64,000 nt of DNA from Candidatus Hecatella orcuttiae (GTDB lineage: Archaea > Thermoproteota > Bathyarchaeia > Hecatellales > Hecatellaceae). A program made the position numbers and the translations under genes. The stretch covers positions 160,001 through 224,000 of the forward strand of contig MTLY02000001.1 of NCBI GenBank assembly GCA_002011035.2, written 5' to 3'. Shown here piece by piece: positions 18,149-27,725 of the stretch (position 1 is its first letter; each line of letters opens with the position of its first letter). The notes below the pieces were generated by a model. That model did no database searches. It saw only the letters and a program-made list of their open reading frames with translations, and was not told where the DNA came from.

Positions 18149-19381
18149 TTAGCCTGAACCGGTCGGAGGCCTGTGTTTCCTAGGTGGGCGTGTCAAAGCG
18201 ATGGATAGGAGGGCTGAGAAGGTTATCAGACCCCCGGCTAGGAAAGCCTCCCGATAGCCTCCGGTTACGTCGATCAAGTATCCGCCAAGCACCGGGCCTA
18301 TTCCTATGCCGATCCCGTAGGCTAACCCCTCAAAAACCCCGTAGACGACTCCGATGGATTTTGAGCCGAAAAAGTCCCCGATGATCGCTGGCATTTGAGG
18401 TATGAAGCCTCCGAAGGCGTAGCCGAAGACGGCGGCTGAAAGATAGAGCGCAAAAGCGTTCTTCACCCCCACCAGCGAAATGATGCTTCCGGTGAGCAGA
18501 GCGAGGCAGATCACCAACGCTCGAACCCTCCCAATCCTGTCAGAAAGAGGCCCTATAGTGAGTCTCCCAAAAATGCTTGAAACACCGAAAACACTCAAGG
18601 CCCCCGCTGCCGTGAGAGGCTGAATACCAGAGGCGATGGCGAAGGGAACCACGTGAACCAGAGGGATGAAAGTGCTGGTGAAGAAGAGGAGGTAGGTGGA
18701 AAGGATAAGCCAGAAGGCCTTGGTCCTAAGCGCTGCACCTAGGCTTAGGCTTTCTGGGGGAGAAGCCTCACGGATGTTCCCAGCCTCTTCGGAGAGTTCA
18801 CCGTGGGCTTCCAAGGCTTCCCGGCTGGGATTTTTAATCAGCACTATGCCCACCAGCATAAGACTCCACACCAGCACACCGCAGACCACGAAGGCTTCCC
18901 GCCAGCCGTAAAGGGCTATCAGCCGCTCGACGGCGGGAGGGATCAGAATAGCACCCAACCCAGCACCCACAGTGACCACGCTGAGGGCTGCGCCTCTTCT
19001 TTTGACAAACCATCTGACGACGGTGGAGTGGGTTGGAATGAACACTGCTCCGACCCCAAGCGAAGTCACCAAACCGTAGAAAAAGTAAAACTGTAGCAGA
19101 TTCGCCGTTAGACTGGACAGCACTAGGCCTAGCCCCATTAGGAGGCCTCCAACTCCCAAGGGCAGCTTTGGACCGTAGGCATCCGTCAGCTTCCCCATCA
19201 ACATGGCGGAGGCTACATAGGCTCCGGCGTGAACGGAGAAGGCTGCGGAGGTCTCCGCGTTGCTCCAGCCGAATTCGCTGCGCAGAGGAGTGAAGAAGAC
19301 GCCGAAGGCGAAGAAGACACCGTACACCAAGGTTACGGCTAGCGAGCCCCCGACCACCAGCCAACCGTAGTAAAAACGCAT
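18149..19381 (-). CDS. MFS transporter (OFA/MCT-like)
   Basis: FYYGW.VV start, GKLTDAYGPK and G.LSDRIGR motif A, WF.KRRG.A, 12 TM. Confidence 0.92.
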   Translation of the reverse strand: MRFYYGWLVVGGSLAVTLVYGVFFAFGVFFTPLRSEFGWSNAETSAAFSVHAGAYVASAMLMGKLTDAYGPKLPLGVGGLLMGLGLVLSSLTANLLQFYFFYGLVTSLGVGAVFIPTHSTVVRWFVKRRGAALSVVTVGAGLGAILIPPAVERLIALYGWREAFVVCGVLVWSLMLVGIVLIKNPSREALEAHGELSEEAGNIREASPPESLSLGAALRTKAFWLILSTYLLFFTSTFIPLVHVVPFAIASGIQPLTAAGALSVFGVSSIFGRLTIGPLSDRIGRVRALVICLALLTGSIISLVGVKNAFALYLSAAVFGYAFGGFIPQMPAIIGDFFGSKSIGVVYGVFEGLAYGIGIGIGPVLGGYLIDVTGGYREAFLAGGLITFSALLSIALTRPPRKHRPPTGSG

Positions 19382-19641
19382 AAGCCTCAGTTCCCTGCCT
19401 TTGATTTCAGCCGGTTAATAAGGTGTAAGCATCAATCTTATCAATGTTAACCTTTAACCCTGAAAATTTGCAGACACCCTTTCATCCGAGGTTCGAGATA
19501 AAAATCCCGGCTGAAAGCCTGCTCAGCGTTTCTCGGAAGATAGGCAGGATGTATCCTACGTGTCTCATCTAATTTTTTCAAGAGAATTTTTCTCCCTTCA
19601 GCTTAAACCGGCATCTCCTAGCCGGGGGCAAGCTGGCTGAC

Positions 19642-20334
19642 CTATTTCACGCCCACATGAAGAGCAACTACGCCGAAAGCTAGGAGTTTAAAAGAAGCCT
19701 CCTGGAATCCAGCGTTCAAAAGCATCTCTGCAACTTGCTCCGCCGGGGGAAAGTTGACTGCAGAGGCTCCAAGGTAACGGTAAGCAGCTTTACGTCCAGA
19801 TACTAGGCCGCCGAGCCATGGTACAATTTTTCTTAGGTATAGGTGGTAGAGAATTTTTAAAGGGCGTTGCTTCGGCTGGCTGGTTTCAACGCAGACAAAC
19901 CTTCCTCCGCAGCGCAGCGTTCTCAGCACTTCTTTGAGGTATTCTTCAGCCTTAGGATTTCTGTAGGTGAGATTGCGGAAGGAGAAGGAGATGGCTATTC
20001 GGTCAACGCACCCCTCTTTAAAAGGCATGTGCGCCGCGTCCGCGAGGACTAGATCTATTTTGCTTCTCCTTCCAAGTTTTTTGCCCGCCGCCTTCAACAT
20101 CGCCTTGCTGAAATCAAGCCCGACTATGCAGGCCTCGGGAGCAGCCTGCTTCAGGATGTGTAACGCCAAGTCACCGGTTCCGCAGCAGAGGTCGACCACA
20201 ACTCCGCTTGAATTGCACTCGCGGGCGCAAAGCTTCCGCCAAACCCCGTCCAGCCCCCAAGTCAACAGGCGGTTGAGCAGATCGTATGTTCCCACCACGC
20301 CGTCAAACATCGGTTTAAGCGACATTCCACCCAC
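19642..20334 (-). CDS. UbiE/MenG-family SAM-dependent methyltransferase
   Basis: MFD.V...YDLLNRLLTWGLD..WR, DLCCGTGD, SFSFRN, AYRYL..S...FP. Confidence 0.85.
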   Translation of the reverse strand: MGGMSLKPMFDGVVGTYDLLNRLLTWGLDGVWRKLCARECNSSGVVVDLCCGTGDLALHILKQAAPEACIVGLDFSKAMLKAAGKKLGRRSKIDLVLADAAHMPFKEGCVDRIAISFSFRNLTYRNPKAEEYLKEVLRTLRCGGRFVCVETSQPKQRPLKILYHLYLRKIVPWLGGLVSGRKAAYRYLGASAVNFPPAEQVAEMLLNAGFQEASFKLLAFGVVALHVGVK

Positions 20335-20408
20335 GAGATGGAGATTAGTTGACGGGGACCGTTAGAATTTTAATCCCGCCGGTTGCCACGGAAGCCGGGG
20401 GCTTCGGG

Positions 20409-20978
20409 CTACAGAAGCTTTTTCAGCCGGGATAGGGCATCTTCCATAGACCCTACTTCAGGGGTTTCCGGTATGCCGATGAGGGGTATGTTCAAGTTTT
20501 TCTTTTTCATCTCATCCTCTAGAACCTCCATGTAGACGCCTTTTTCCGCCACTTGCTTCTGGCTTGGCAGCTTCTCCGGTATGAGTCCGCTCCAAGTTGG
20601 GTTTCTAGGCGTTTTGTTGACGCCGCAGCTGGGGCTTCCGTCTGCGCCTAGGATTGCCACTATCTTGTAGCCGCTTTTCTGATAGTCTTCTATCTGGTTT
20701 AAGATGAAATCAGCTAGCTTCTTGCAGTGTTCTCTGAAAGCCGGAGTGTCATATTGCTCCTTGACATACTGCCATCGACGTATTCCTAGGTAGGTGGTTT
20801 CAGGGCATGGCATTTGAAGGATACCCAGCCCGCTTTTGACCAAGAAGTCCACGACAGGCGTTATGACTCCGGGAAACTTAGCTATGCCTTGTATCTTCGC
20901 GTTCTGATTCAGAATGCAGTGCGTTGCAACAACGATTTTTTTGCTTCTCTTATCCTCCACCACGGTCACCCTATCCAA
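20409..20978 (-). CDS. DUF523 / TudS-related putative thionucleobase desulfurase
   Basis: HCILNQN, QMPCPE, G.DGSPSCGV three-Cys pattern of DUF523. Confidence 0.78.
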   Translation of the reverse strand: MDRVTVVEDKRSKKIVVATHCILNQNAKIQGIAKFPGVITPVVDFLVKSGLGILQMPCPETTYLGIRRWQYVKEQYDTPAFREHCKKLADFILNQIEDYQKSGYKIVAILGADGSPSCGVNKTPRNPTWSGLIPEKLPSQKQVAEKGVYMEVLEDEMKKKNLNIPLIGIPETPEVGSMEDALSRLKKLL

Positions 20979-21094
20979 ATTGACATGTGTTTCGCATTCG
21001 ACCGTATTTTAGTATTTACACAGTGAAAAATCTCAGGCTGCGAAGGGCAGCTCCGGTGAAAGTGAGTTGCAAAAAGCTTGTTGGCGATTCTTTT

Positions 21095-22501
21095 TTATTC
21101 TAGCGGGATCCCGTGGTCTACGAGTTCCTTCTTCACCTTTCGATATATAGCAAGCCATTCGGGAATAGGCTTCAAGGTCTTCAAGTCGACGCACTCCTCG
21201 AACTTTTTCCCGGCGGGAGGTTCCTTTAATTTATCTTCATATCTGGCAACTAAGGTTTTCACGATCTCGTTTGCGTCTGAGCGTTTAACCCCAGCCGAGG
21301 CTTTACCTACTTCCCCTGCAAAGCCCGCTTCAAGGCCGCTGAAATAGTGCGGATACCTCCCCATGCGAGGGCGGATGCCCATTATGCACGCAGTGCCGGA
21401 GGACGCATGCCCGATGCACTGGGCTGCCGCTTCGTAGAGAAGCATGTCGGTGCACGGCCCTGCCACCGGGTTGATGTTGAAGAGAGTGATGTTATGAGTG
21501 TTCCTACTCTGGGATTGGCATGTGAGGCTGTTGGCCCAGATGGACTCCCGGCTGCTGCCTCCGAAAAGATGCCGAAGGTCGAAGACGGCTGCGGAAGGTA
21601 TCGTCGCCTGATGCACCACGAGGATCAGAACGGCCGCAGCGTTGGCTGTTACCACGCATCCCTCCGGTGAACCGGAGTAGCCGCCGATCATAGAGTAATG
21701 GGCCGCCCCGACCGGACCGTTAAAATTGAGAGCCTGAGCTGTCTTGTTCAGCAGGGGATAGTTCGTCTTCAGGCATGAGGGGGGAAGACTCCACATGAGG
21801 TTCACCTGCGGGTCGGCAGCGTCCACAGTTCCATACGCGCCGATGGCGCCCCATCCGCTCACATCGGAGACGAGGAAAGGATAGGACATGCCGGGTCTTC
21901 CAGCCCTTCTCACCCCTTCCTTGGTCAACACGGCTTCCAGCTTCCCATAGACGGTCTCATAAGGGGTGGAGCCCTTAAGCGGCCTTCCATAGGCGGTGAC
22001 GAGAGTAGGCTGGTGGATGATGTCCACCGACCTATATTGGGCTGCAGCTTGAACGGCTAAAACGAAGAGCTCCTCGGAGCACTCGGTGTCGAAGGGACCT
22101 AGAAACGTCGTCGGAGCCTGTCCGTCTTCCGGCTTCCTCGCTTTGCATACAACCTTGTCTAAGCCGGTTCCAAGTGCTACTTGGCTTCGCGCTTCTCTCA
22201 AAGCGCTTTTGAGTTCTTCCTCGGTGAATCTAATGTTCCTTTCAGTGTCAGTGCAGAGCATGCCTACTTCGACGGCGAACTCGAAGCCGGCTTCCCAGAA
22301 CTTATCTGCCAGACTGTCGTCGGCGGGCACAGGGTTCTTGGGGTCGCAGACGCCCTCCAGCCCGTGTTCTTTAAGCTTCTCCGTCACTTTCGTCGGAATA
22401 ACTTTGGTGTCCCAGTCCTTGACCTTGCAGACGGGGCCTGTGTGAATTCTATCCAAGACTTCTAAAAAAGAAACACTCATCAACCAACTCTCCTTGCTCA
22501 T
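21095..22501 (-). CDS. mtmB: Monomethylamine methyltransferase (MtmB) homologue without pyrrolysine, copy 1
   Basis: DD.LADKFWEAG, CTDTER.I.F, GSTPYE, AGRPGM, IGGY.G.PEG, GPCT..LLYE, GKKFEEC.D..TLKP; no in-frame TAG. Confidence 0.88.
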   Translation of the reverse strand: MSKESWLMSVSFLEVLDRIHTGPVCKVKDWDTKVIPTKVTEKLKEHGLEGVCDPKNPVPADDSLADKFWEAGFEFAVEVGMLCTDTERNIRFTEEELKSALREARSQVALGTGLDKVVCKARKPEDGQAPTTFLGPFDTECSEELFVLAVQAAAQYRSVDIIHQPTLVTAYGRPLKGSTPYETVYGKLEAVLTKEGVRRAGRPGMSYPFLVSDVSGWGAIGAYGTVDAADPQVNLMWSLPPSCLKTNYPLLNKTAQALNFNGPVGAAHYSMIGGYSGSPEGCVVTANAAAVLILVVHQATIPSAAVFDLRHLFGGSSRESIWANSLTCQSQSRNTHNITLFNINPVAGPCTDMLLYEAAAQCIGHASSGTACIMGIRPRMGRYPHYFSGLEAGFAGEVGKASAGVKRSDANEIVKTLVARYEDKLKEPPAGKKFEECVDLKTLKPIPEWLAIYRKVKKELVDHGIPLE

Positions 22502-23187
22502 TCTTTTATCATCGGCTCAGGGAGAGGCGGCTTCACCCTTTTTCCCAGAAGCTGTTTGCACACCTCCACCCCATCGTCGGCCAGTCTTCCGTATCCGTCG
22601 GCGCCGATCTCCCTCGCCCATGCGGGGGTTATGGCGCCTCCTCCAATTATAATGTAATATCTATTCCGGAGACCCATGTCTTTCAGGTAGTCTGCGACCT
22701 CCTGCTGGTAAAGCCGGGTGGTGGTCATTAGGGAGGACATGGCTATGATGTCTGCTTTGACTTTTTCAGCTTCCTCCACGAACTTCATAGACGGCACATC
22801 TGAGCCGAGGTCGTGGACTTCGAATCCGGCTGCCGAAAGCATCACAGCCACGATGTTTTTGCCGATATCGTGAATGTCCCCCTTCACCGTTCCTATGACA
22901 ACTTTTCCCGCTATGGCTTCACTTCTCCTTTCAGCCGTCAACTTGAAAAGAAGCACTTCCACACCAGCCTTGGTGGCGTCTGCCGCCAGCATCACTTGAG
23001 GCAGAAATATTTCACAGTCATGAAACTTCTGGCCGACCACAGCCATACCTTTTCCAAGCCCTTCTTTGATGGCTTTCAGAGGGTCTATACCCGTCTTCAC
23101 AGCTTCTTCAGCCGTGCTCTTCGCTGCCTCCTCATCCATTTCAATAACGGACCTAGCCAGCCTCTCCAAAATGTCAACTTCAGACAA
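22498..23187 (-). CDS. Methyltransferase corrinoid protein (MtmC-like), copy 1
   Basis: Cap domain GL.KGM..VG..F...EIFLPQV; GTVKGDIHDIGKNIV; SSLMTTT; GGG. Confidence 0.93.
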   Translation of the reverse strand: MSEVDILERLARSVIEMDEEAAKSTAEEAVKTGIDPLKAIKEGLGKGMAVVGQKFHDCEIFLPQVMLAADATKAGVEVLLFKLTAERRSEAIAGKVVIGTVKGDIHDIGKNIVAVMLSAAGFEVHDLGSDVPSMKFVEEAEKVKADIIAMSSLMTTTRLYQQEVADYLKDMGLRNRYYIIIGGGAITPAWAREIGADGYGRLADDGVEVCKQLLGKRVKPPLPEPMIKE

Positions 23188-23329
23188 TTCAGACGTAACC
23201 TCTGTCTACGACTAGAGTCATCCGAAGACCAGCGAATTTAAGCGTTTCGGTTACTCGCGTTGGAAAAGCCTGAAGAGATGAGAAGGTTCTGCTGTGGCGA
23301 ACGCAGAGCAGTTCATCGGATGACAGTCT

Positions 23330-24106
23330 CTAGCCGAGCCCTAATAATTTGTGAATGTCTAAGATATATTCGGAAAATTTTTTCTCTTCCCTATGCTCCA
23401 ATCTTCTCGGCCGGGGTAGATCAATGACTATCTCTTTAGCTATTTTGCCTGGGCGGGGAGTCATAACCAGCACCCTGTCCGCCAGAAATACAGCTTCTTC
23501 AACATTATGGGTTATGAACAGTATTGTCTTTTTTGTTTCATGCCATATCCTCAAAAGTTCAAAGTTCATCTCATACCTTGTCAGCGCGTCCAGCGCACCA
23601 AAAGGCTCATCCATGAGCAACAGTAAGGGGTCATGTATCAGCGCCATACAGATGGAAACTCTCTGCTGCATTCCACCGGATAGTTCATGAGGGTATTTGT
23701 TCTCAAACCCTGATAGGCCGACCAGTTTGACCAGTTCAGGGATCTTTTCGTAATACTTCTTCCCCAGCTTGAGTACTTCGAGCGGTAGCATTATATTTTT
23801 GATAACAGTTCTCCAAGGGAAGAGGACGGGAAACTGGAAAACGATGCCTATGTTCGGCTGAGGTCCTTTCAGCAGTTTACCGGCTATACGGATTTCCCCG
23901 CTGGTTTCCGGTATTAAACCTGAGATAACATTGAGAAGCGTGGATTTTCCACATCCGCTCCTCCCGACGATGCAGATGAATTCTCCCTTCTTAACACTGA
24001 ATGAAACGTCTTCTAAGGCCAGAACGTCCCCTCTTGGAGATTGGTAGACTTTTGTTAGATTTTTTACTTCAATCAGTTCTTCGGCTGAATTACCGGTTTT
24101 CATCAC
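23330..24106 (-). CDS. ABC ATP-binding subunit (NitT/TauT type)
   Basis: GRSGCGKST, LSGGMQQRV, LLMDEPFGALD. Confidence 0.95.
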   Translation of the reverse strand: MMKTGNSAEELIEVKNLTKVYQSPRGDVLALEDVSFSVKKGEFICIVGRSGCGKSTLLNVISGLIPETSGEIRIAGKLLKGPQPNIGIVFQFPVLFPWRTVIKNIMLPLEVLKLGKKYYEKIPELVKLVGLSGFENKYPHELSGGMQQRVSICMALIHDPLLLLMDEPFGALDALTRYEMNFELLRIWHETKKTILFITHNVEEAVFLADRVLVMTPRPGKIAKEIVIDLPRPRRLEHREEKKFSEYILDIHKLLGLG

Positions 24107-24876
24107 TCACGAATTCTCCATGGAATCAGCAATTTTTCCAGCAACACTATAGACCCGTAGAGTGTAAGCGCCAAAATGCATAACACCAATAAAGACGCAA
24201 AGGCGAAGGGGACGTTTAATGAGAAGTTGGAAACAAGCACGAGATAGCCAACTCCGGAGCTGGACGCTATGAATTCTCCTACCACAACTCCTACAACTGA
24301 TAAAGTGATAGATACTTTAAATCCGTCAAACAGGTAAGGGAGGGCGTTCTTGAATCTTAATTTTCTGAGTATCTGCCATTCGGAAGCACGGAAAGAGCGC
24401 ATCAGCTTCAACATGTTGGGGTCGATCTTTGTTAAGCCACTTATGGAGGCGATGACTATAGGGAAAAAGGCGAGGAAGAAGGAAACTAGCAATATGGACG
24501 GACTCCCATACCCAACCCAGATGACAAAAAAGGGAGCGATAGCCACCACAGGCAGCGACCGTATGGCGACCATCAACGGATACAGGGTAACCCTCAGAAT
24601 CCATGAATAGGCAATTCCCACCCCAAGGACAAAGCCGAAGACTACAGCTAAAAGGAAGCCTTCCACAATTAAAAGAAACGTAAAGTACGTATTTCTCAAG
24701 AGCGTATCAAGATTATTCACAAGCTCGCTTGCTATGGCTGAAGGGGGTGGAAGAAAAAAACTAGGTATATTGAATATTTCTACCGCCATCTGCCACACTA
24801 TAACCAGCATAAACATGAAAACTGTGAAGATTACTGGCTCTCTTATTCTCATCTTCGCACCCGATCCTGCCGGCAT
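24103..24876 (-). CDS. ABC permease (NitT/TauT type)
   Basis: LPPPSAI, PVVAIAP, AFFPIV, GEFIAS..GVGY. Confidence 0.92.
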   Translation of the reverse strand: MPAGSGAKMRIREPVIFTVFMFMLVIVWQMAVEIFNIPSFFLPPPSAIASELVNNLDTLLRNTYFTFLLIVEGFLLAVVFGFVLGVGIAYSWILRVTLYPLMVAIRSLPVVAIAPFFVIWVGYGSPSILLVSFFLAFFPIVIASISGLTKIDPNMLKLMRSFRASEWQILRKLRFKNALPYLFDGFKVSITLSVVGVVVGEFIASSSGVGYLVLVSNFSLNVPFAFASLLVLCILALTLYGSIVLLEKLLIPWRIRE

Positions 24877-24961
24877 ATCATATGTTTTTCGCTTCTTATC
24901 TAGCTCCCGCTACCCCGTAGGCTGTCAAACGGCTCATATTTGATGAGAGTGTAGCCGGCTG

Positions 24962-26053
24962 TTACATTACCTCCGCTATTATCGCATTGATGTTTTCTTC
25001 GGCATTTTCCGGTGGGAGTATTTTCGTCAAGTATTCGTTCGTGTAAATCCTTTCTAGGGGAACTTCTTCGAAGCCAAAAGCCTCCGACGCTATTTTTTGC
25101 GTAAAAGCCATTTTCTCTTCGGTTACCCAGCCCAGCCCCAATTTCGCAGTCTCTTCCGGGTTTCCTAAATACCCTTGCAGCCCAAACGCCAACTGAATTC
25201 TGATGTCTTCCCGTTTAAGCTCCGGGCGGTATTTGTGCATAGCGTCAACTGCTTCTTCAGGGTTGGCCATGGCGTCTCTGATGCCCATGAATGTGGCCTT
25301 TAAAAATCTCCGGATCAGCTCCGGGTTTTCCGCCATAAGATCCAAGTGTGCTACGATGGCATTATTGTACACGTCTAAACCCCAATCCGCGAAGTTGATG
25401 TGGTTGACTTTTTCCCATAGAGCTGCACTAGGAGACTCGCTGTAGAAGCCGCATATGTCGGTTTCTCCTGCAAGCAACGCTGAGACCGCTACCCCTGGAT
25501 CAAGGTTTCGCATCTCTACGGTCGCGGGGTCAACACCGTTGATCTCTAAGAAGTAGGGCAGAAGTAGCGAGGTTTCGCTTGCAAAAGTCTGCCCATATAT
25601 CTTCCCCACCATGTCCTGCGGCCCTTTTATTCCGCTGTCCTTTCTGACGATGACACCGTTTACGCTTCTGAGGTGCAGCATCGCCACTATCTTCAGCTGC
25701 GCACCTTCGGCTATGGCTTTTATGGTTCCGCTGGTGCCCGGCATGCCGAAATCAAATTTCTTGGCTTCCATGTTTTTTAAAACGTCGGAGGTTCCATATC
25801 CCCTAAATATCCTCAGGGACAGCCCTTCTTCTTCATAGTATCCCTTTTCCATGGCTAAGAAGAAGGGGGCATCCCTTCCGACGAAGGCCCATCCCGTTTG
25901 AAAAGTGACAATGGCGATTTCGGGTGCTGGTGTAGGTGGTGGAGCTCTTGCAGTTCCGGCGAGATATCCCCCAACCATGCCTACCGCAAAGCCTACTACG
26001 GTGCCTACGGCGGTTTTAAGCCATCCTCTTCGAGTAACTTTCTCATCTACCAA
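24962..26053 (-). CDS. ABC substrate-binding protein, NMT1/THI5 family, twin-arginine N-terminus
   Basis: TRRGWLK; APFFLA.EKGYYEEEGL; G.DVY; NPEL.RRFLKA. Confidence 0.85.
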   Translation of the reverse strand: MVDEKVTRRGWLKTAVGTVVGFAVGMVGGYLAGTARAPPPTPAPEIAIVTFQTGWAFVGRDAPFFLAMEKGYYEEEGLSLRIFRGYGTSDVLKNMEAKKFDFGMPGTSGTIKAIAEGAQLKIVAMLHLRSVNGVIVRKDSGIKGPQDMVGKIYGQTFASETSLLLPYFLEINGVDPATVEMRNLDPGVAVSALLAGETDICGFYSESPSAALWEKVNHINFADWGLDVYNNAIVAHLDLMAENPELIRRFLKATFMGIRDAMANPEEAVDAMHKYRPELKREDIRIQLAFGLQGYLGNPEETAKLGLGWVTEEKMAFTQKIASEAFGFEEVPLERIYTNEYLTKILPPENAEENINAIIAEVM

Positions 26054-26260
26054 AATTCTTACCTCTCTCCTACCTTAGCATCTAAGCCCTATTTAAACCT
26101 ACTGAGCTTGTTGAAAATCCCTTCTTCGCCCCGCTTACAAGCTTGAGCAAGTTTCGCAACTAAAGCCCAACGGATCCTTGGCTTCTTGTGTCTTAAGACT
26201 GCGAAAGATTTATCTGTAGATCGACAAGAGTAAACGTCTAACAATTGTCGGTGGTTTCGT

Positions 26261-27634
26261 GTGGTAAGTTTTCTTGAAGTCTTAGACAGAGCTCACAGCG
26301 GCCCCGTGTGCGAAGTAGGTGAATGGGATAAGAGAGTGATACCAGGGAAGATCATGGAGAAGCTTAAGGAACACGGGCTATCGCGAACATGCAGCCCTGA
26401 AAACCCTGTCAACACGGATGATGGTTTGGCAGATAAGTTCTGGGAAGCCGGCTTCGAGTTCGCCGTGGAGACGGGAATGCTCTGCATCAACACAGAGAGA
26501 GTCATAAAGTTCAGTGAAGAAGAAGTCAAAGAAGCCCTGCGGCTGGCTCCCAAAGAAATCACGGTAGGGGAGAGCAGCGACAAGGTGGTGATAAGAGCCC
26601 GAAGGCCAGAGGACCCTAGGCCGCCGGTTTTCAGGTCGGGGTTTGGAATAGTCTCCGAGGAGCTTTTCATGCCCATAATGCAGGGCATCGCTGAAAACAG
26701 GGTTATAGACATGTTGTCCGCGCTTTCCACATCCACAACCCACGGTCGACCTGTCATAGCAGGCTCACCCTACGAGTCCCTCGCAGGCCTCAACGAGGGA
26801 GCTGCTGTGAAGGAAGTGGCGAGGCGGGTAGGCCGGCCGGGCATCCCTTTCATAGGCCCAGCCCTCAGCCCCACAGAATACGGTCTGCTGGGCGGATATG
26901 GAGCACCTCACAGCTACACGCGGAACGACATGGGGCTGGTCCTCGCCATCACGGAGTTGAAAACCTCCTACGGCTTACTGCATAAGGTTGTCAAGGTTCA
27001 AAGCTATGGAGGCTATGTTTACGGAAACCACTGGTCCATGATAGGCGGCTACGTAGGCCCGCCTGAGGGAGCGGCTGTGGCGGCTGTGGCCGCTACGCTG
27101 CTTCAAGTCCTAGTGCACAGGTGCGCTGTTCCCTGCGGGGTGATTTACGATTTCAGGTATGACGGCAACGTAGGCCGGGAAGCCGTGTGGGCTGCCAGCG
27201 TGGTGGAGCAGGGGGAAAGCCGAAACACCCAGCTCTTGATAGGGGGAATAACCAGCCAGGTTTCAGGCCCGTGCACGGAGGAAATCCTCTACGAAATGGC
27301 CGTGGGAGCCATCGAACAGGCTGTGTCCGGGTGCGCAGCCAACATAGGAAACCGCTCCGCGGGAGGAAAACACAAAGACCACGTAAGCCCGCTGGAGCAG
27401 AAGTTCGGCGCAGAGGTTGTCAAGGCATGTGCGGGGATGAAACGCTCAGACGCCAATGAGGCTGTGAAGGCCCTTCTGCCGAAATATGAAAGCAAGCTGA
27501 GAAATCCTCCGCTGGGTAAAACCTTCCCGGAATGCTACGATGTGAAAACCCTCAAACCCAAGGACGATTGGCTCAGCATCTACAAAAAAGTGAAAAGAGA
27601 ACTGGTGGACCTAGGCGTACCTTTAGACGTTTAA
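26261..27634 (+). CDS. mtmB: Monomethylamine methyltransferase (MtmB) homologue without pyrrolysine, copy 2
   Basis: Same motifs as copy 1 (GSPYE, VGRPGI, IGGYVGPPEG, GPCTEEILYE, GKTFPECYD); no in-frame TAG. Confidence 0.88.
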   Translation: MVSFLEVLDRAHSGPVCEVGEWDKRVIPGKIMEKLKEHGLSRTCSPENPVNTDDGLADKFWEAGFEFAVETGMLCINTERVIKFSEEEVKEALRLAPKEITVGESSDKVVIRARRPEDPRPPVFRSGFGIVSEELFMPIMQGIAENRVIDMLSALSTSTTHGRPVIAGSPYESLAGLNEGAAVKEVARRVGRPGIPFIGPALSPTEYGLLGGYGAPHSYTRNDMGLVLAITELKTSYGLLHKVVKVQSYGGYVYGNHWSMIGGYVGPPEGAAVAAVAATLLQVLVHRCAVPCGVIYDFRYDGNVGREAVWAASVVEQGESRNTQLLIGGITSQVSGPCTEEILYEMAVGAIEQAVSGCAANIGNRSAGGKHKDHVSPLEQKFGAEVVKACAGMKRSDANEAVKALLPKYESKLRNPPLGKTFPECYDVKTLKPKDDWLSIYKKVKRELVDLGVPLDV

Positions 27635-27725
27635 ACATCCTGAAACCGGATCTCCGACAAATCCGGTGAAAATTTAAATACCAGAATCCCTAAACAGAAT
27701 GCGTTTAAAGGAGGATTTTGATCTC

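Noticed and set aside
24940-24965. TGATGA as a second C/D sRNA
   Set aside because: No convincing D', C' or D boxes and no recognisable target
26852-26855. TAG next to the pyrrolysine position of mtmB copy 2
   Set aside because: Out of frame (ATA GGC); the ORF is continuous
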